DNA of 64,000 bases, from positions 1 to 64,000 of the forward strand of contig JAQGDQ010000941.1 of assembly GCA_030141605.1 (NCBI GenBank), given 5' to 3'. Both the position numbers and the translations under genes were made by a program. The DNA is from Tubiluchus corallicola. Its lineage: Eukaryota > Animalia > Priapulida. Below, piece by piece: positions 22,829 to 36,519 of this stretch (position 1 is the stretch's first letter; every line of letters starts with the position of its first letter). The notes below the pieces were generated by a model, which was given only the letters and a program-made list of their open reading frames with translations, searched no databases and had not been told where the DNA came from.

Positions 22829-24395
22829 TATTTTGCAAGGAGGCAAGTTTAGGAGGCTGATGTTTCAACTTTGCGTGTAACGTCCTACTTCATTAATGCA
22901 TTTCATGGCTATATAATTTCTTACTTATTTTAGTACATCATTTCACTGCAGGGTTGATATTTGAGATTTCACGATAGCAGCAGATTTTATACTAAATAGA
23001 AATTTTTCTCCTAATCACCTCTTAAGTAGTTTTTTAGGATTATAGGAAAACTGTTTCTGATCATTTGATCATCATTATTGGCATTACTATCGAATTCAAT
23101 GACTGTAGATGACTACAACTACAATGACTACGACTACAACGATGACTACGACTACAACTACAATGACTACAACCAAACTTCGCAAAGACAGCTGTGATTC
23201 AACGTTTAATCTTGAAAGACGTCTTTTTTATAATTAACTTGGTTGCCGTCCTGCCATAACCCCGTACATTAACTGGGTACTTCAGTTAGGCAGTCCATTC
23301 CAACTGTCCTCTGCTTTGTGATGTACTTTTTGTACATTAACTGGGTACTTCAGTTAGGCAGTCCATTCCAACTGTCCTCTGCTTTGTGATGTACTTTTCC
23401 ACACTTGTTAGTTATTTAGACATTTTATATATAAAAATTGCTTGTTAAATTATTTGCTTGAGTTTAATCATTTCCTACGTTACAGGAAAGAGTTATATAA
23501 ACAAGTTCTGTATGTTACACAGGGAAATAGTCTAAAATGCTGAAAGTAATTTTTTGATAAAGTATAAACTGGATAAATATGTAAGAATATCTACTCGCTA
23601 GTAGAGAGTGCATTGTTTCCCTCTAATTAGCATTAAGTATCTAAATTTCAACTACAATTACTGGACTGCAGTCCTGTAGTGTAAAAAGTACAGTAAAGTA
23701 TTAATATCAATGTCTTTATTATATATTATATTATTAATATAATATAATATATAATATGTATTATTAATATATTGATATAATATTATATAATATTAATATC
23801 AATCATCTAAAATTTCCAAATTATCAATTAGCAATGGAATAAACCTAGCGTTACTATATTTTTGAAACAACACCTAATCAAAAGTTTGGAATTGAGTCAG
23901 GATTTAAAGAAGAAATCTTTGGATTGCAAATCTATTGTTGTGACCATTAGACCACCCAGCCCCTTGTGTTGTTTGATTGAAATGGCCGAATGTGTTTCTG
24001 CTTTTATTGTTAAATCGGTTTTACTTTGCAAAGTGCGGCTAGTCTTAATTTACCAATTTTATTTTTTATGTCTGCGAGAGACATCTGAGAAACTTCTAGA
24101 AGGTGCAATAATTGTCTGTGATTTTAAACAAAATTTGCATTTTATCGTTGTTTGTCTTGTTTGTTTATTGCTGTATTGCAAAACCCAGTCTGCAAGTATG
24201 TGGCAATATTTACCATCAGTAAGTTAAGAATATTTCCTGTTTCTTCAGCTTTTAAGTTAAATTCAATAGCCAAAGATAAATGTTAAAACTTTGGTGCAAA
24301 AAAACTTTTTGACTCGACTGCTTTTTGCCAGTTTTTACAGTTTTTGTTTTTCATGGTGCAAACTTGACCGAGTTGTTCTAACGAGTATTGTGTAG

Positions 24396-24720
24396 ATGGT
24401 GGTGACGATGATGATGATGATGGTGGTCATGATGATGATGGTGATGGTGACGACGATGATGATGGTGGTCATGATGATGATGATGGTGGTGGTCATGATG
24501 ATGATGGTGATGATGATGGTGGTGATGATGGTGGTGACGATGATGATGGTGGTCATGATGATGATGATGATGGTGGTGACGATGATGATGATGATGGTAG
24601 TGGTCATGACGATGATGATGATGGTGGTCATGATGATGATGATGATGGTGGTGACGATGATGATGATGGTGGTGACTGTGATGATGGTCATGATAATGAT
24701 GATGATGGTGGTGACGATGC
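24396..24720. repeat. (ATG/GTG)n trinucleotide microsatellite
   Basis: Direct reading. Confidence 0.95.
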
Positions 24721-26637
24721 AACTGTTTACTTAGCCTTATCCACTTGTCCTTGTGAAATTTTTGCACGGAAAAAGTTTGTTCCTAAGCTGATCTGTTAAA
24801 TTCTGACACGTCTGATGTTATGTTCCAAAACTTAAAGTTGCCCAAAAGAACTATAATATATATAGTAGTTTTCTAGCATGGGATGGTCTACTCAGCAAGA
24901 ATATTTATTTATGATATTTTTACTTTTACCGTTGGGCAGTGTATTGGAAGGGTGGCAAGATTCTGTTTTGTACGGTGCAGTGAGTGATGACTTTGTCAGT
25001 GTGTTGACCATTCTGGTTTTCAGTACATATGGATACCTGTGAGTTTACATGTCAGTTAAAACACAAGAAAACGATCTTTATAAACAAAGCTTAGCAATTT
25101 CGTCTAGAAATTTTGTATCACTTACACGCTGTTTTATTCCATTTAGTGCGTTGGCAGTGATGCCGTATAAAATTTGTAAATTGAACTTCTGCAATGGCTG
25201 CTATGCGTAGCCGTTTTAATGGTAAGTCATTTGAAACAACGTTAAATATATATATATAATAATCTTTATCTGCCATTAAAATACATTGATAATCACTGAT
25301 AAAAACTTTACAGAGATGATCAATCAGTGTTAGTTAATAAAAACTTACACTGCTAAAGGCAAATGCGTCAGTGCAATCTAAACTACTGTGCAGTAATGGA
25401 AAGTAACGACGAATAAAATCAAACATATTTACAACTATGCACAAATATATATATATAAATTCTGGATTAGTGTGTATGTTGTCGTACCGGTGTGATGGTA
25501 TTTCATATCTGGTTAATATTAGTGATTTTAATTTTGTTTTAAATGCTGATAGGGACTTGATTTGTTTAACCTGTATTGGTAGAGAATTCCAAAGTGGAAT
25601 TGCTTGCTTGATTACAGAGTTCGTTCCAAAAATTTACCACTGATGATGTGTAAAAGTTTAAAAATTCATCTGGGCGTTCATAGAATACTCTTTGCTAACT
25701 AGGCTAAAGTTTAAATTGCTTTGTATTGTCATTAAGATACATAATATGGTGAATCAGTGGTGCACACTGGGATGGTGAGTCAGTGGTGCACACTGGGATG
25801 GTGAATCAGTGGTGCACACTGGAATGGCGATGCATTTATTTTTCTAGTTGGAGTTTTCCCGATTCATAAGTCTTTCAAGCAGGCAAACATAAAGCTAAGC
25901 AGTGTAACTTATAGTTAGAACACCACAACTTTATTAGAACTTTTTTATTGACATGGTTAAAAAATCATGTCAAACGTTTCTACAGAGCTACTGCTGTCAT
26001 CATCAGTGGTAAATTTTTACAAAACATAAAGCCAGTTTATATTGGCAGAGCCTATAGTATAGAACGTTATGCACTAATTATGTTAAAACTTTTGTGAAAG
26101 TGAAATTTATTGACGAAAAGAGGTTTAGTTTAAGGGCGGCGAAAAGAAATGAAAAAGTTGTAAGTTGTGTAAAACCACTTTAAGAGAAGCCAGATTGGTA
26201 CTGAACTGGTTGTTTGTTTATAAAAATTTACCACTGATGATGACCAAACATTTGACATGATTTTTGAACTATTTAAATTAAAGGTTTCAGTATAGCAGTG
26301 GCGTTTTAGCTATGAATGTTTTTAAGTGCCTGTAACAAAAAATTAAAGTAACTTAGTGTGGAAAATTCTTTGGGATATTGTTTAAAATTCCCCTTCCCGT
26401 TGAAGATTCCCTGTCTTGGTGTTTTTGTATGATATGATCTTACGTAATGCCAGAAAGTGCAATTATACTGTTTGAGTTTGTAACATTGTTCTATTCATTT
26501 CTTCTGTAGAAAAAAGTTGTTCCTTTGAGTAAAATCAAAAAGCTTTATACAGATTTGACGCGACAAAAATGCAGTTTATTAGTGAAGAGAACAGAATGAT
26601 TTAGGGGAGAAAAAGGGAGAGAAAAAACTGTTGAATT

Positions 26638-26883
26638 CAGGGCCTATTTCAGCCTAAGCGAGGCCCAGGGCAGTGGGGCGTGTGAAGCTAGCGCCCAGAA
26701 AATTTTTGAACTGCTAGAATGCCGGAGAAGCATTTCGAAAAGAAAATATGGAGTTATACAGTTGTTAGAGGAAAGAACAATTGAAAGAGAAACTGCCTTA
26801 TTCTCAAGACCAGTCCGTAATACTTGTCAATACTGGCAAATAGCGCGCGTGCAGTAAGAGAGGGGGAGACAGAGAGAGAGAGA

Positions 26884-26942
<59 letters not shown>

Positions 26943-26984
26943 GGGGGGAGGGAAAGAGAGAGAGAAAGGGAGAGAGAGAGAGAG

Positions 26985-27041
<57 letters not shown>

Positions 27042-27156
27042 GCGGCAGTATGTTCGCATAAAGCAAAAAAATGTTACCTTCGCGCGAGGTCCCCTGGACG
27101 GTGAGGCCCCGGGGAAGTATCCCCACTTCACCCCCCCCCCCCCAAAATAGGCCCTG
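26638..27156. mobile_element. hAT-like MITE with internal (AG)n
   Basis: TIR cagggcctattt / aaataggccctg; 8-bp TSD GTTGAATT. Confidence 0.88.
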
Positions 27157-28818
27157 GTTGAATTCCCAAAGTTATTTAACTCAGTAACTATTTTTAATTA
27201 TTTTTCTTGAAAAAGTCAGCCACATCACATTGTCATTGTTACAAAACTATATAGGCTTGCAAAGTGACAAAAAGGCTTTATGAGCAGATTAGTGTGTTGA
27301 CCAGCATCACAGTCAAAATGCTTCCAGTTTTTCTTACAGAACTTTGTGAAGTAAATGTACATCGTTGTGAGATATACGTTACATAATAAAAGTTTCACAA
27401 AAATTTTTGTAGACGTACCTTACTTAATAAAGTCTTTGTCAGATTTTTGTCTACAAAGTTTTGTAATAAACAGCTGGAATGTCTGGACTGTTGTGCTGAA
27501 TTACTTATATATGCTGTAAGACCATTTTAGGTCCACAGTTTTGTACTTACAGTATTTATTGAAGCATTATATTATCAATTAGCTTAGCTGACTTTAGTGT
27601 GAGCAAATCTGTCTGTCAAAGAAAAATATGCATTTTGCTTTTTTGACTGTAATGAAATTTATTTTGTGTGTCATGTTGGATACCAAAGAATTCAAATTTA
27701 GTATTTTTTAATGTTTCTTATTACATCAGGTGATTCTATTTTGTTATAGTTGCATTAAATTTGTTACGAATATTGTTAAATTTTAATAAAAATTACTTTA
27801 TATTAATTAAAAATGTCTCTGCTGTTTCCCTTGTACCATGAGAATTTTTACATTTGTATCATGAGAGTATTAATTAATATTTTGTTTTAGTATTTTATTA
27901 AAAAAACATTTACATTTTAGCATAAAAGTCTTAGCAAAAATAGGCATTATTATTCCAAAGAGATTAATACAACATAACATAGTGACTTAAATCTAGGAAT
28001 CTGATAAAGAATTGCATCAGTTAACTATCTACATGTTATCACAAAATTAATAACAATCGTTTTATTCACATACAAATGATTTTGCTTTTGATGTATAAAT
28101 AATGATACATACAATAATGATGTATACAAATGATGTATAAATAATCAAATGTAGTACATAGATTGTTTAGTCTGGTTTAGATGAGGCTTTCATTTACACT
28201 TTTATATACCATGCATTAAACAGAACAAATTTATTACAATATGATAAAGATGAATATATATATATATATATATATATGCTTGAGGCGTATAGAACTTGTT
28301 ATTTGAGAAAAATATTTTGAAATAGTTAACACTGCTGCTCTTTTAAAAAAATTCAGCTGTTTTAAAAAACGTGCTGTTGATTTGATGCGTGCTCGTCTTT
28401 AAAACGTAACACTTAATGTTAAACTAGGAAAATCAACCAAGCAACGACTTAGTTAAGTATTCACGTCCTGAAAAGTATGTGAACTACGCTTAACCTCGAT
28501 TAACAATAGCTAATGACACAATATTTGTCCAATACAAAACAGTATTTGCAAACAAATTGAATGTACAAAAGTAATTATGTTACAACTTACATATACAATA
28601 ATAAAGCACATTCATCTACAATTATATACAATCAAGTAGATCGCTAATAATGAAGAAATCTACCGTAAATACAAATAAACAGCACAATACAGTGGCGCCA
28701 TGTACAGTGTCATAGTTCTATAAAATATTACGATCAAACTTTAAGCTTAATCTTAATTGTCGAAATAATATTGTATGTAAAATACTCTAAAACTTAATTT
28801 TGTCTTAAAAAGTTTCAA

Positions 28819-29871
28819 TCACGAGTGAGAAAACTTTTGCATTCTTCGTAACAACGAAAGTCTGTAACTATGATCAGCTGCAGGTGACCAGGGAATCCCT
28901 AGAGAAGCGGGACCGGAGAAAGAGGGTAGAGGTGTCAGCCTAGGAGAAGGTGAGAATTGTGCGTAGTTTGTTGGGATTGGGGCAGAGAAGGCAGGCAAGG
29001 GAGTATAGTTAGCTGTTGGAATGGCTGTGCAAAATTGGACTGGTGCTGGTGGTGGAAACGAAGCTGCAGCTATTTGCGATGCTGATGCTGCAACTCCTGC
29101 AGGATGTTGGCATGACGACATTTGGTTGAACATCAGCGATCTCTCCTTTTCGACATGGGACCTCAATACATCAGCCGGATTTAGATGCATGGGATAATAC
29201 GGAGCAAAGCGGGGATAGCTGGAAGTGAGCAACAGCGACTTCCTTGCACGACGTCTAGCCTGTCTCCGGCGGAAGTCACCTTTGGAAAAGTCCTCTATGT
29301 TTGCCGGATGGATGGCCCAATAGTTGCCTTTTCCGGTTTCGCTACGGCCTATCTTGATGAAACACTCGTTCAGGGACAGATTGTGTCTAACGCTGTTCCT
29401 CCAGTACCGGTCCTCATTGCGGAAGTACGGATGTGAGTCCATGATAAACTGATAGATTTCGCTCAACACCATTTTCTTTTCTGAGCTGCTCAAGATGGCC
29501 TTGGATATTAACGCTATGTAGGATTCACTGGGTTTCTTTACCGTCGTCGACTTTCCTTCTCCGTGTCCGTCGTCGCTTTCGTAACCCGATGACGTAGTTG
29601 GTGAGGAACCTACCGCCTTTGCGTGCTTCTCTTTTGACGTGGAATCCACTTCCCCGTCGCGAAGACAGCGCTCTTTTTCTAGATGATCGGACGGTCGATT
29701 GAAGCCGCCCGTCTGTTGTGCAATTCTGTCTGAAGATGGCGCTTCTCGAAGCTGTGTGCTGGAATCCAGGTATTTAAATTGACAAGAGTCTACTGATTGG
29801 GAGGAGTCGTCCATTTCAGCTGCACTTAGTTTCTCTCCCGCAATGATGTGATCAATGTTGAACAAAGTCAT
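28819..29871 (-). CDS. foxq2: Forkhead box transcription factor FoxQ2, single exon, 350 aa
   Basis: Forkhead domain KPSESYIALISKAILSSSEKKMVLSEIYQFIMD...WRNSVRHNLSLNECFIK...GKGNYWAIHPANIEDFSKGDFRRRQARRR is FoxQ2-typical. N-terminal EH1-like FNIDHII; ATG to TGA intact. Confidence 0.93.
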   Translation of the reverse strand: MTLFNIDHIIAGEKLSAAEMDDSSQSVDSCQFKYLDSSTQLREAPSSDRIAQQTGGFNRPSDHLEKERCLRDGEVDSTSKEKHAKAVGSSPTTSSGYESDDGHGEGKSTTVKKPSESYIALISKAILSSSEKKMVLSEIYQFIMDSHPYFRNEDRYWRNSVRHNLSLNECFIKIGRSETGKGNYWAIHPANIEDFSKGDFRRRQARRRARKSLLLTSSYPRFAPYYPMHLNPADVLRSHVEKERSLMFNQMSSCQHPAGVAASASQIAAASFPPPAPVQFCTAIPTANYTPLPAFSAPIPTNYAQFSPSPRLTPLPSFSGPASLGIPWSPAADHSYRLSLLRRMQKFSHS

Positions 29872-30096
29872 ACTAAACTATTTATTGGTTCTGTACTGCA
29901 GGTCGTTTTTCACACTTAAAACATTTGTTACTAAAAGTCCGTCTTCCCTTGAAAACTTTACAATGAACTAACAGCAGCAAAAACAACGTCTAAGTTCAAC
30001 TCTTTTCACAACTAACTGCATTCGCGAACTTTCAGGACGGTCAAACGTAAACTAAACTGTTCCAAGTCGCCTTCAGGACAGGCTAAAGTAATCACA

Positions 30097-30320
30097 CTTG
30101 AGGTCTCTGTGATTGGTTCCTAACAAGACGCTTGAGGGCTCTGTGATTGGTTCCCAACACTAGACGTCACTCAGCTAACTTATTGTTGCCTTTAACGAAG
30201 TTGTTAATAAACTTGTTGTCATGGAGTGTTGTAAACAAAACGCAGAACAATGAACGATAGATTATCACAGCTAACCCCAAGCACCTGCTTAAAGAACCAA
30301 GCTGTAAATGCGCCATTTTG
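30097..30320 (-). promoter_or_regulatory. Putative FoxQ2 proximal promoter: tandem CCAAT boxes plus CRE-like, Fox, Sox and YY1-like motifs
   Basis: Two copies of cttgagg(t/g)ctctgtgattggttcc 34 bp apart (CCAAT on -), gacgtca at 30163, tgtaaaca at 30230, aacaatg at 30246, cgccatttt at 30311; 230-450 bp upstream of the ATG. Motif match only. Confidence 0.45.
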
Positions 30321-30756
30321 CGCAGACCCTGAAGCTATCATTGTTATAATCTGGATGCGTGGCTGTGCCAGGATTGCGTGTAATCATGTCGTAATCATCA
30401 GCTAAGCGCTATTGATTAATTGATAAAACAAATAGAGTGGCAGCGAGTTAAACCTGTCCCGCCCTATTCTCTGTCAAGCATTGTCCCAAACATCTTGTTA
30501 TCTGTAGCAGACAATAAGCTCGCTAGGGGGCGTCCAGTGGGAAGTCCAGGTAGTCTCTACGTCCAGTGGTTTGCGTCAGACGCCCACTAAATCTGGCGTG
30601 GGCGTTTGATTCCCCGAGTCTGTCACTGGAGAACGTACAAGAAACTCTTCTACTTGATGAAAAATCCCTCAAATTCAATTATTAAACAAGGAGGGAACAC
30701 GACTGTACTGTATCACTGGTTTATCTTCAAGTGAAGGGGAAAAGGAAAAACCTACA

Positions 30757-30892
<136 letters not shown>

Positions 30893-32233
30893 ATATATAC
30901 ACACCATATCAACATCTTTCACTTTTTAAGTCTGTAACTTTTATTGCGTTTTTCATATCTTTGTGTATTATACTTGTATTGTGTATTATGTTATGATTAT
31001 AACGATTATAATATATATATAATATAATATAATCGTTAAACTGTTATATATATATATATATATAATAACGATTATATATATAATACATCAGTCTATTACT
31101 GATCATTTTAACTAGAATTTTAAATTCATTGTTTATTTTTGTTCATTAAAGCTATTCATCTGTAGTTGACACAGAACTTTCATAGTGCTAGTTTTCTAGC
31201 TAGAGTCATCCACAGAGTGAGGTACGTGACTGATGCTTTAATATGTTCATATACAATGCAAGTGAGACTGGTCCTATGTGCAAAGACGTATAGGGTTCAT
31301 TGTATACACAATAAATTGACTATAACTACAGATAAAACAAAACAAAAAATAGACTATAAACAAACGCGAAGCGAGACTTGATCAACTGATGATTTTTACT
31401 CAAATACAAATATTTTAACACCCAATACGAGAGCCACCTTCTCTTTCACAAAATTTTCTCTTTCCCTTTACTTAAAAAAATGCCTGTAAAATTCCAGCAA
31501 CCAAAGCCTGCTTTGATTTTTCACTTGGAAAAAAATCAAATGCAGTAGATGGTTCTAGTTCCGTATTTTTATTACATTTTGAACTGACATCAACCATTTA
31601 TAAGAGGGGTAACAAACCTAGAAGAAACTTCAACAGCATTTTTCTCTCAAGGTTCTGTAACTATGTGGTCTCAAGTGCCCTCTTCAAAAAATCGAGTTTG
31701 GTATGCCTACTTTTCAGCTATAGGTCCCATGCATAAATCCAAAATGGCGTCCGTCAAACCCCAAAATCAATTATATCTCTTAAACCGTAGAACCTAGGTG
31801 AAAAAAAATGCTATTGACAGTACGAATCTGCACCACAGGATACCAAAAATTTCGTTCTTTTTCATCTATAATGTAAAATTGAATGTGAGCAATACGCCCA
31901 TGTAGCTGTTCTATACTTGCCATCCTCTCTATCTCTATGTTTTGTTCTTTAACCATCACCGTAATAAATGAAAAAATTGCTAACATTTGCATCGTTGAAA
32001 CGAAACTTTGATCCTAAAAATTTTTTAATCGTGCAGTTATAAGTACGTTGTGGGCCTAATTAAATTACAGCCTTACTAAGACAGGCAACGCCCGTTCACT
32101 CGTTTCATTGAAATAGATTATTAAAATTGAATGCAATCCATTTTAAGCCTACGCTGCAGTACAGCTACTTTAAACGACGTTTGTTTAGACTGAAACTTAA
32201 ATTTACCTCTTTTGAAGTTTTCTATCATTATCA

Positions 32234-32785
32234 AGGCCATTATGACAGAGCGTGGCTCACCACAGCAATTCTATAATAGAGGTCTAGAACACATTATGAT
32301 CTTTATTATGAGGTAGAGTAGACCTATTGGTAGATAGTGGTTTTACTTTGCAAAGGTGTTTAAAGAAAAAAATTATCAAAAATAATGAGATGAATTACAA
32401 TTAATTCTTAATTTCGAATATAAGATTAATAATAGAATGACCCCCACAGTCACCAATAAATTACCGAAAACATTCTTGTAGTTAAAAGATCGAGACTGAA
32501 GTGATTGTTTTATAAATACTTTTCTAAAAAACCCCTGCTTTAATTTGCTTAGCTGATAATTCTTAGTTGTTTGAGGCTAAAATGTCAAAGTAACCTTGGA
32601 GTTTTGCATGCCTAACAGATTGAGACTAATTTCAGATTAAAACAAATCTATTTAGAAACGGGTACTTTATTCCATACTAAAAATTTCTGAGGCCATTATG
32701 AATTCTGGGACCACTATTATAGAATATAGTCGGTGAGCCCACTATACTATAGACTATGGTGAGCCACGCTCTGTCATAATGGCCT
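32234..32785. mobile_element. Inverted-repeat element (MITE, superfamily unclear)
   Basis: aggccattatgacagagcgtggctcacca / tggtgagccacgctctgtcataatggcct, 29-bp inverted repeat; no clear TSD. Confidence 0.65.
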
Positions 32786-33550
32786 GCTCTAAATAAGTCA
32801 GACGCCACGTTGTGTAAGAATTTTCTCTTGTTTAAGGAAGTTTGTCTCACAGCTTGCGACGAGGTGATGCAAGAATATAATGAGGTGCAAGAACAACTGC
32901 AGTGTGTCACAAGCCAGGGGAGGAGAAATTTAATAAACTTCATTATCTTCACCCCCGACGTGCGAGAAACTCTAATAAGTGCACTTTGCGCAGGCGCGAA
33001 GACAATTATCGATTCAGGACGCACCGCGGGACAGACAACAACTAGAACAATGCCGAGGACGCGAAGGCTGGCAGTTTTGCTGAAGCTTGAAGTAGTTTGT
33101 TGGTAAAGGTAAGTGATTCAAGTGAATCACTCGAGATCAGCGATGTTTCATTTAAAACTTTCCTGCCTTCAAGTTCTCATAAAATTAAGATAACGAACAT
33201 TATGTTTCACGTAGTCTATTCTAACCCATTCCATTTTATTCTATTCTGTCCTGTCCTATCCTGTTCTGTGCAACGCTGTACCCGTCCTGTTTGATTTAAC
33301 CCCATTCTATTCCACTCTGTTCTGTTCTAGTCCAGCAATAGTTGAAAAATACTCATGTCATAAGCTGGATCACTCCAACTTCTAAATAATTTCAAAGTTT
33401 TTCTTGCTTTTTCTCTCGTCTCATCCCATTTCAACTTCTAGTACATCTTTCCATTCTTCACTTCCTGTCTTTTTCATCTTCTTGCCTGCATCTTTCCTGA
33501 ATTGCTTGTTTGGTTTATTCTATTGTTTCTTATGGTACGGTCCTCTAAAA

Positions 33551-33963
33551 CAGGGGTGTGAAAACTGCGGCCCGCCGAGAGATCTTGTTCGGCCCGCGAA
33601 GAGGTTTGTCAACCTAATGAAAGTGCGGCCCATGCGATCCAGCTGAAGTCTGCGCCAATATCGCAAAGACAGTGCGGGTAGTTTTTTCCTCTAGATCGGA
33701 TGGCATTAACCCTTACAAGACCGTTGTCGCGTAATGTCGCTGTCGGACATGACGAAATATATGGTTTTTAATATAAGTTTTAATAACTTCTAAAATAGTT
33801 TCTTGAGTGTAGTAAGCAGTAGTAATGATGTGACAGATCAGATGCAAAAAAATCGTTATTAGGTCCTACTGTACTTGGCTCCTTGACCAAACTGCATGTG
33901 GCCCACAGGAACTGCGGGAATGTTTAATGTGGCCCGGCTAGTCAGATAATTTGCACACCCCTG
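33551..33963 (+). mobile_element. hAT MITE family A, copy 2
   Basis: Same TIRs as copy 1; TSD CTCTAAAA. Confidence 0.9.
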
Positions 33964-35724
33964 CTCTAAAAGCTAAAATGCAGCACTTTGGAATGTAAGA
34001 CCAACTCATCGTCAGACGGACGTCATTACGAATGATAACCCTCTGAAACAGGGACCGACATGCTAGGGTACGTATCCTTTTTCTCAACAAGGCGGTCACC
34101 CGTGCATTCACAGACCAGCTCAGCGTTGCTTAACTTCAATCAATAAAAACACACAGTAATCACTGTTATTTATAGCCTTAGTTCTGTGCAACACGAACTT
34201 GGCATGTCAACATGTCCTCAACACCAGAGGCGTTTCAGTAGCGTTTTAAGAGCTTGTGGGAACAGCAGAGCAGATAAGGCGTGTGCTTAAGTCAATGAAC
34301 GTTAAGTGTGGTTAGTAAATAAACGAGTGACTAAATCTGCTTTAGTGTCTCTGGCTATTTATTAAGTTAAGGAAGTATTTCTTGTATTGATCTGTCTTTC
34401 TTACCGTTTCTAATTGGCATAATTACGCATGTTGTCTTTTATGCAACCTTAATTTTTTAAGCATGCTGTGATGTGAAGTGATATAAAATATAAGATTTAA
34501 TCAGTCAGTCAAACATCAACCAACCATCCAGCCAACCAAACTGTCAGTCAGACAAACAAGTGAACAACAAATCAACCAGTCAAGTCGGTTGGTCGGTCAG
34601 TCAGCCAGCGACTCAGTTAATCAATCACCCAATCGATCTATCAGACAAACAATTAACCAAAAATCAGTCAGTCAATTAATCAGTCAAACAATCAGTCAGT
34701 CAATGAACAAGTCAGTCAGTCAATCAATCAATCATGCACACAGTGCCTAGAGATTACTCTACCAGTTCTACGTCGTATATGAGCACGTACATTTTCAACG
34801 TAACAAATTCACGTAATTGTGATTACTGCAAGACTAGTGTATAGTAGATTCTAATGACTTTAATCCTCGATAATCTTAAAATTTCACAACGTAATTTGTA
34901 GGCTCAATCAACGGGCTCAATGTATAGTATATATTAGAAGTATAGGTACAGCTACAGTGGTATTTTAGACTCGAGTATGCTGCACTGGGCCCACTGCACT
35001 GGTAGGTAGGTCATACAAGCTCCTTGCTTGACGGCTACGTATGCAGTGACTTCTCAATCAGCGTTTCGAACCAGAATTCCCCAAATTTAAGAGATGCTGG
35101 TCTACAAAAGGCAGGGCAGTTATTTGGATTTTTGAAGAACAGCATTCCAGTTGTCCTACGGCTATAGGCCTACTCCTATAGGACAGAAATCGTACCAAAA
35201 GATGTTATAAAACTGCTAATTAGTGGTTGGAAATGCAAAAAGGAGTTACTCAGCCTGGATTTGAACCAGAACCTTTGCTTGCTGTTTGAACCCAGAATGA
35301 ATTAGTTATTGACTAAAATCTATCGCCTCACTCACAAACATCAAATTAATGTTTATTCTTTCAGTCCGTGTGACATTAATTTTTCCTACTCGGAAAAGTG
35401 AAAGTTTTTTAATTGTGTTCTAATTGCTCTATAATGAAATACTTGCAATACAGACATCATTCTACCATCGAAAAATCAAACCAGTGAGAATAATAAATTC
35501 AGCTTTAATGTGTAACAAATACAAAACATAATGTATACATAATATGATAGTAATATTTATGATTCACTTTGTAAATAGGGAAACAAAATACGGTTTACTT
35601 TAACACTATACAATAACAGAGCTGATAATTTATGCAGGATACAGCTATTGTATGAGCTTCCAGAATTTCTGTTATAAACCAGGATAAAGCTAAAGGTTTC
35701 AAACTTTATAATTAATACATGTAC

Positions 35725-36086
35725 CAGGGTTCCCACAGAATTTTGATATAAATTTTCCTGACATTTCTCCGACCAAATATTGATTTTCCATGACCAAAAT
35801 AAGGAAAAATTGCATTGCTAGTATTTTTGTGTATGGACATTTCATACATATATTGATATATAATGATGTCAGGCAATTATTATATTAGGAGCCAAAGCAA
35901 AGTTTTTGTTGAACACGAATCGCTGAAAAATATCTTTGGAAAAATATCGACTCACGGTGATTATTTTTGCAACCCTTTCAAATTTCCCTGACTTTTCGCC
36001 CCATTTTCATCATTTTTCCAGACTTTTTCATGACTTTCCATGCTAGCCTGCATTTTCCAGGATTTTTCCTGACCGTGGGAACTCTG
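35725..36086. mobile_element. MITE with 6-bp TSD (hAT6/hATx-like)
   Basis: ATGTAC|cagggttcccac ... gtgggaactctg|ATGTAC; subterminal ttttcc(c/a)tgac repeats. Confidence 0.75.
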
Positions 36087-36519
36087 ATGTACAACATTAT
36101 CTAAAGTGAAACCAAATTTGGTTAACAGTCACTTTTCAGAATTTACATTACAAGTATGAAAGTTACAAGAAAAGATGTAATGTTAAAAAAGAGAAAGTTG
36201 AAAAAGGATCTATTAACCAAATCTTTGGGGCACAACCCTATTTCAAAATTTGCAGTCAACTGCAAACAACTGGAACAAGTACCACAAGGTACTTTGCAAA
36301 ACTAACCACAATCTACAAAAAACTTACAGTAGTTTAATACGTTTGATATCGAGGAAAATGAAAGTTACTGGTAATTCTTCATGCATTTAACAGTATTTCC
36401 ATATCACTGGTTTTATATTTTTCATGCTTCTTTAAGGTACACAAATTAGCTTTTAATTACAAACCGAGTGACTTGAGATATCAATTAATATCTCAATTAT
36501 TACTTTTTTGCCACTTATC

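Noticed and set aside
24335-24767. His-rich and Met/Val-rich ORFs
   Set aside because: Trinucleotide microsatellite; likewise the Asp/Ser-rich ORFs at 55672-56104 and the Thr/Val/Leu ORFs at 61649-62007.
26754-27150. ER/SL dipeptide ORFs (also 50019-50453 and 59048-59729)
   Set aside because: (AG)n microsatellite translations.
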